A DNA stretch of 64,000 nucleotides, taken from assembly GCF_009914755.1 (NCBI RefSeq), contig NC_060936.1, one strand, 5' to 3'. Within the stretch, counting starts at the first letter, position 1. Every line of letters begins with the position of its first letter. The translations under genes were made by a program, and so were the position numbers. The notes under the pieces were generated by a model. The model saw only the letters and a list, made by a program, of their open reading frames with translations, searched no databases and had not been told where the DNA came from. The DNA comes from the human T2T-CHM13v2.0 reference genome, Homo sapiens. Shown here piece after piece: positions 62,254 through 64,000 of the stretch.

Positions 62254-62339
62254 GTGGGTTTGTTTTGGTCATGGTTGTAATCGTCAGCACTTTGCACAGT
62301 GCCTGGCACATAGCAGGATGTCAGTTAATGTTGTTATAT

Positions 62340-62490
62340 GAGTGAATTAATGAATGCATCAATGGAGATGGTTGGATGCATGAATAAATGGATGGAAGGA
62401 AGTAATGATGGCCAGATGGATGAATAAATGGAAGGATGGATGGATAGGTGGATGAATAAATGAATGATTAATAAATGAATGATTAAGAGT
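62340..62490. repeat. Degenerate (GGAT)/(GAAT) tract at an L2 tail
   Basis: Follows cagtgcctggcacatag L2 end. Confidence 0.8.
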
Positions 62491-63319
62491 GGTAATCAGG
62501 GCCCCTCCTACAAATGGGTCTTTTCTCTCCTGTTCCTTGTGATCAGAGGAAGGCAGTTATCTTAAATTTGGTTTCTGCCTTACAACTGTTTTGTGGCATT
62601 GAGCCAGCCAACTAACCTCTAAGTTTTCTTGCTCATAAAAGGACGATAATGACACCTTCTTTGGGAGCTGATGGTGTAGTGGATGTTGAGAAAATTAATT
62701 GGGTGGTGGTAAATGACTCTGAGATCCCTAGATGAAAGGGGCCACAGAGATGAGCTGTTATTATGCTTGTTACTTCCCTCTCACCGCTTCTGCCTCCCTC
62801 AAGGTGGCTCTTCTCAGCCTCCTGGGGCTTGATGGTGCCCTAGAAGCAAGTTTTACTTAGAGACGAAACCTATCTTTCATTGGACTGACTCTTCCCTGGG
62901 GTCATTTGGCAGAAGGCTTCCAGGTGAGAGAGATATAATCCTAGGAACTTGGCTGCCCTGCCTCATTTCCTTCCAGAAGGATTCATTTTCCCAAATGCCA
63001 ACCAGGCCCTGCACTGCATAACAGCCTGAAAACAGACTCCCTTTTCCTCCCTCCTGGTATGATAAAATAAGAGATTCCTCTAGGTCCTCTATTTTGGGAG
63101 TCTCACCTGTTGGCAAGACCTGGGCTTAGAACTGGAGACCAGGTGCCTACCATCTGGTGTCCAAAGAGACCTGGGATTCATTTACATCCACTACCAGATT
63201 ATAGCCATCTTCCTTTCCCTTTTCCCACATGTGGCACCACAGGTTGAAGGCATAGAATACACATGTCTTTCAGTTTGTGTGTCTCTGATAGAGATAAAAA
63301 GGTCAACAGACGCTGGAGC

Positions 63320-63490
63320 TGGAAAGATGGTTTGGATCCACAGCTGTGTGCCCTTGGACAAATTACTTAACTTTCCTGAAGTTTACTTTTTACATCTGTA
63401 AAAAAAAGGGATATAATGCCAACCACATGGGCTCATTGGGAGAATTCAATGAGATGGTGCTTGTTAACGTGCTCAGGAGTTAGGCTTCTT
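63320..63490 (+). mobile_element. MIR
   Basis: agctgtgtgcccttggacaaattacttaac ... catctgtaaaa. Confidence 0.75.
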
Positions 63491-64000
63491 TCTTCTTCTC
63501 CTCTTCCCTTTCTCTTTTAACAATGTTCTTGGGATTTCTTGTACTCATAATGAATCTTGCCTTGTTTTTTTGTGCTTCCTATCCCAGTAAACATGAAGTT
63601 TCTGGATCCAGAGACATGGATGAAAGTCTTACTTCATTATTGACCCTACAGCCCATCACTGTCCAAGGACAGATTTTTCTCATGCTAGCTCAATTCTGTG
63701 CCTTCTTCCATCTTTTTCTCCAGACAATGGCAACAGCTTCCTTGCTTGTCTCATTTTATCTCCGTCAGCCTATCCTCCTGTGGAAGGCACAGAGTTTGAC
63801 TTACAGTATAAATCTGATTAACTATTCCCCCACTTGAAGCCTCCCAATGCCTTCCCAAAGGAAGCAGAGGCCTCTGATGCCACATATGGCATCCCCTCTG
63901 TGCCCTTTGTAGTTGGAATTGAATGCAATTGCCAGGATACCCTTTCTCCTCTCTTCTCTTTTCTTCTTATCCTTCTCCTCCTCTCATTTCTCCCTTTCTT

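Overview
Non-coding primate (most likely human) DNA, intergenic or deeply intronic. I found no credible protein-coding exon, tRNA/rRNA gene or CRISPR array; the long ORFs derive from Alu, L1 or simple-repeat sequence. The window is dense in mobile elements: about 33 Alu/FLAM/FRAM copies, truncated L1s (L1PA4-like and L1PA8-like with clear TSDs, plus old L1M), MaLR/ERV solo LTRs, hAT-Charlie and Tigger DNA transposons, and many MIR/L2 fragments. Subfamily names are recalled from consensus sequences, not from a search, and old-repeat boundaries are approximate. Repeat-free islands between them look like conserved enhancers. One (38560-38840) resembles, from memory and unverified, the duplicated ultraconserved element family of the Iroquois (IRX) clusters. 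The most interesting directly visible signal is a set of local template-copy scars. Two Alus carry 34-bp and 49-bp inserts copied from unique DNA 1.3-1.9 kb away. There is also a ~155-bp non-tandem doublet 979 bp apart, a fold-back scar at a Tigger1/L1 junction, and a perfected quasi-palindrome in an Alu. A perfect (GGGGA)37 tract has replaced an AluSp tail. I cannot support a new gene system here; the template-copy cluster is the best candidate for something undescribed at this locus.
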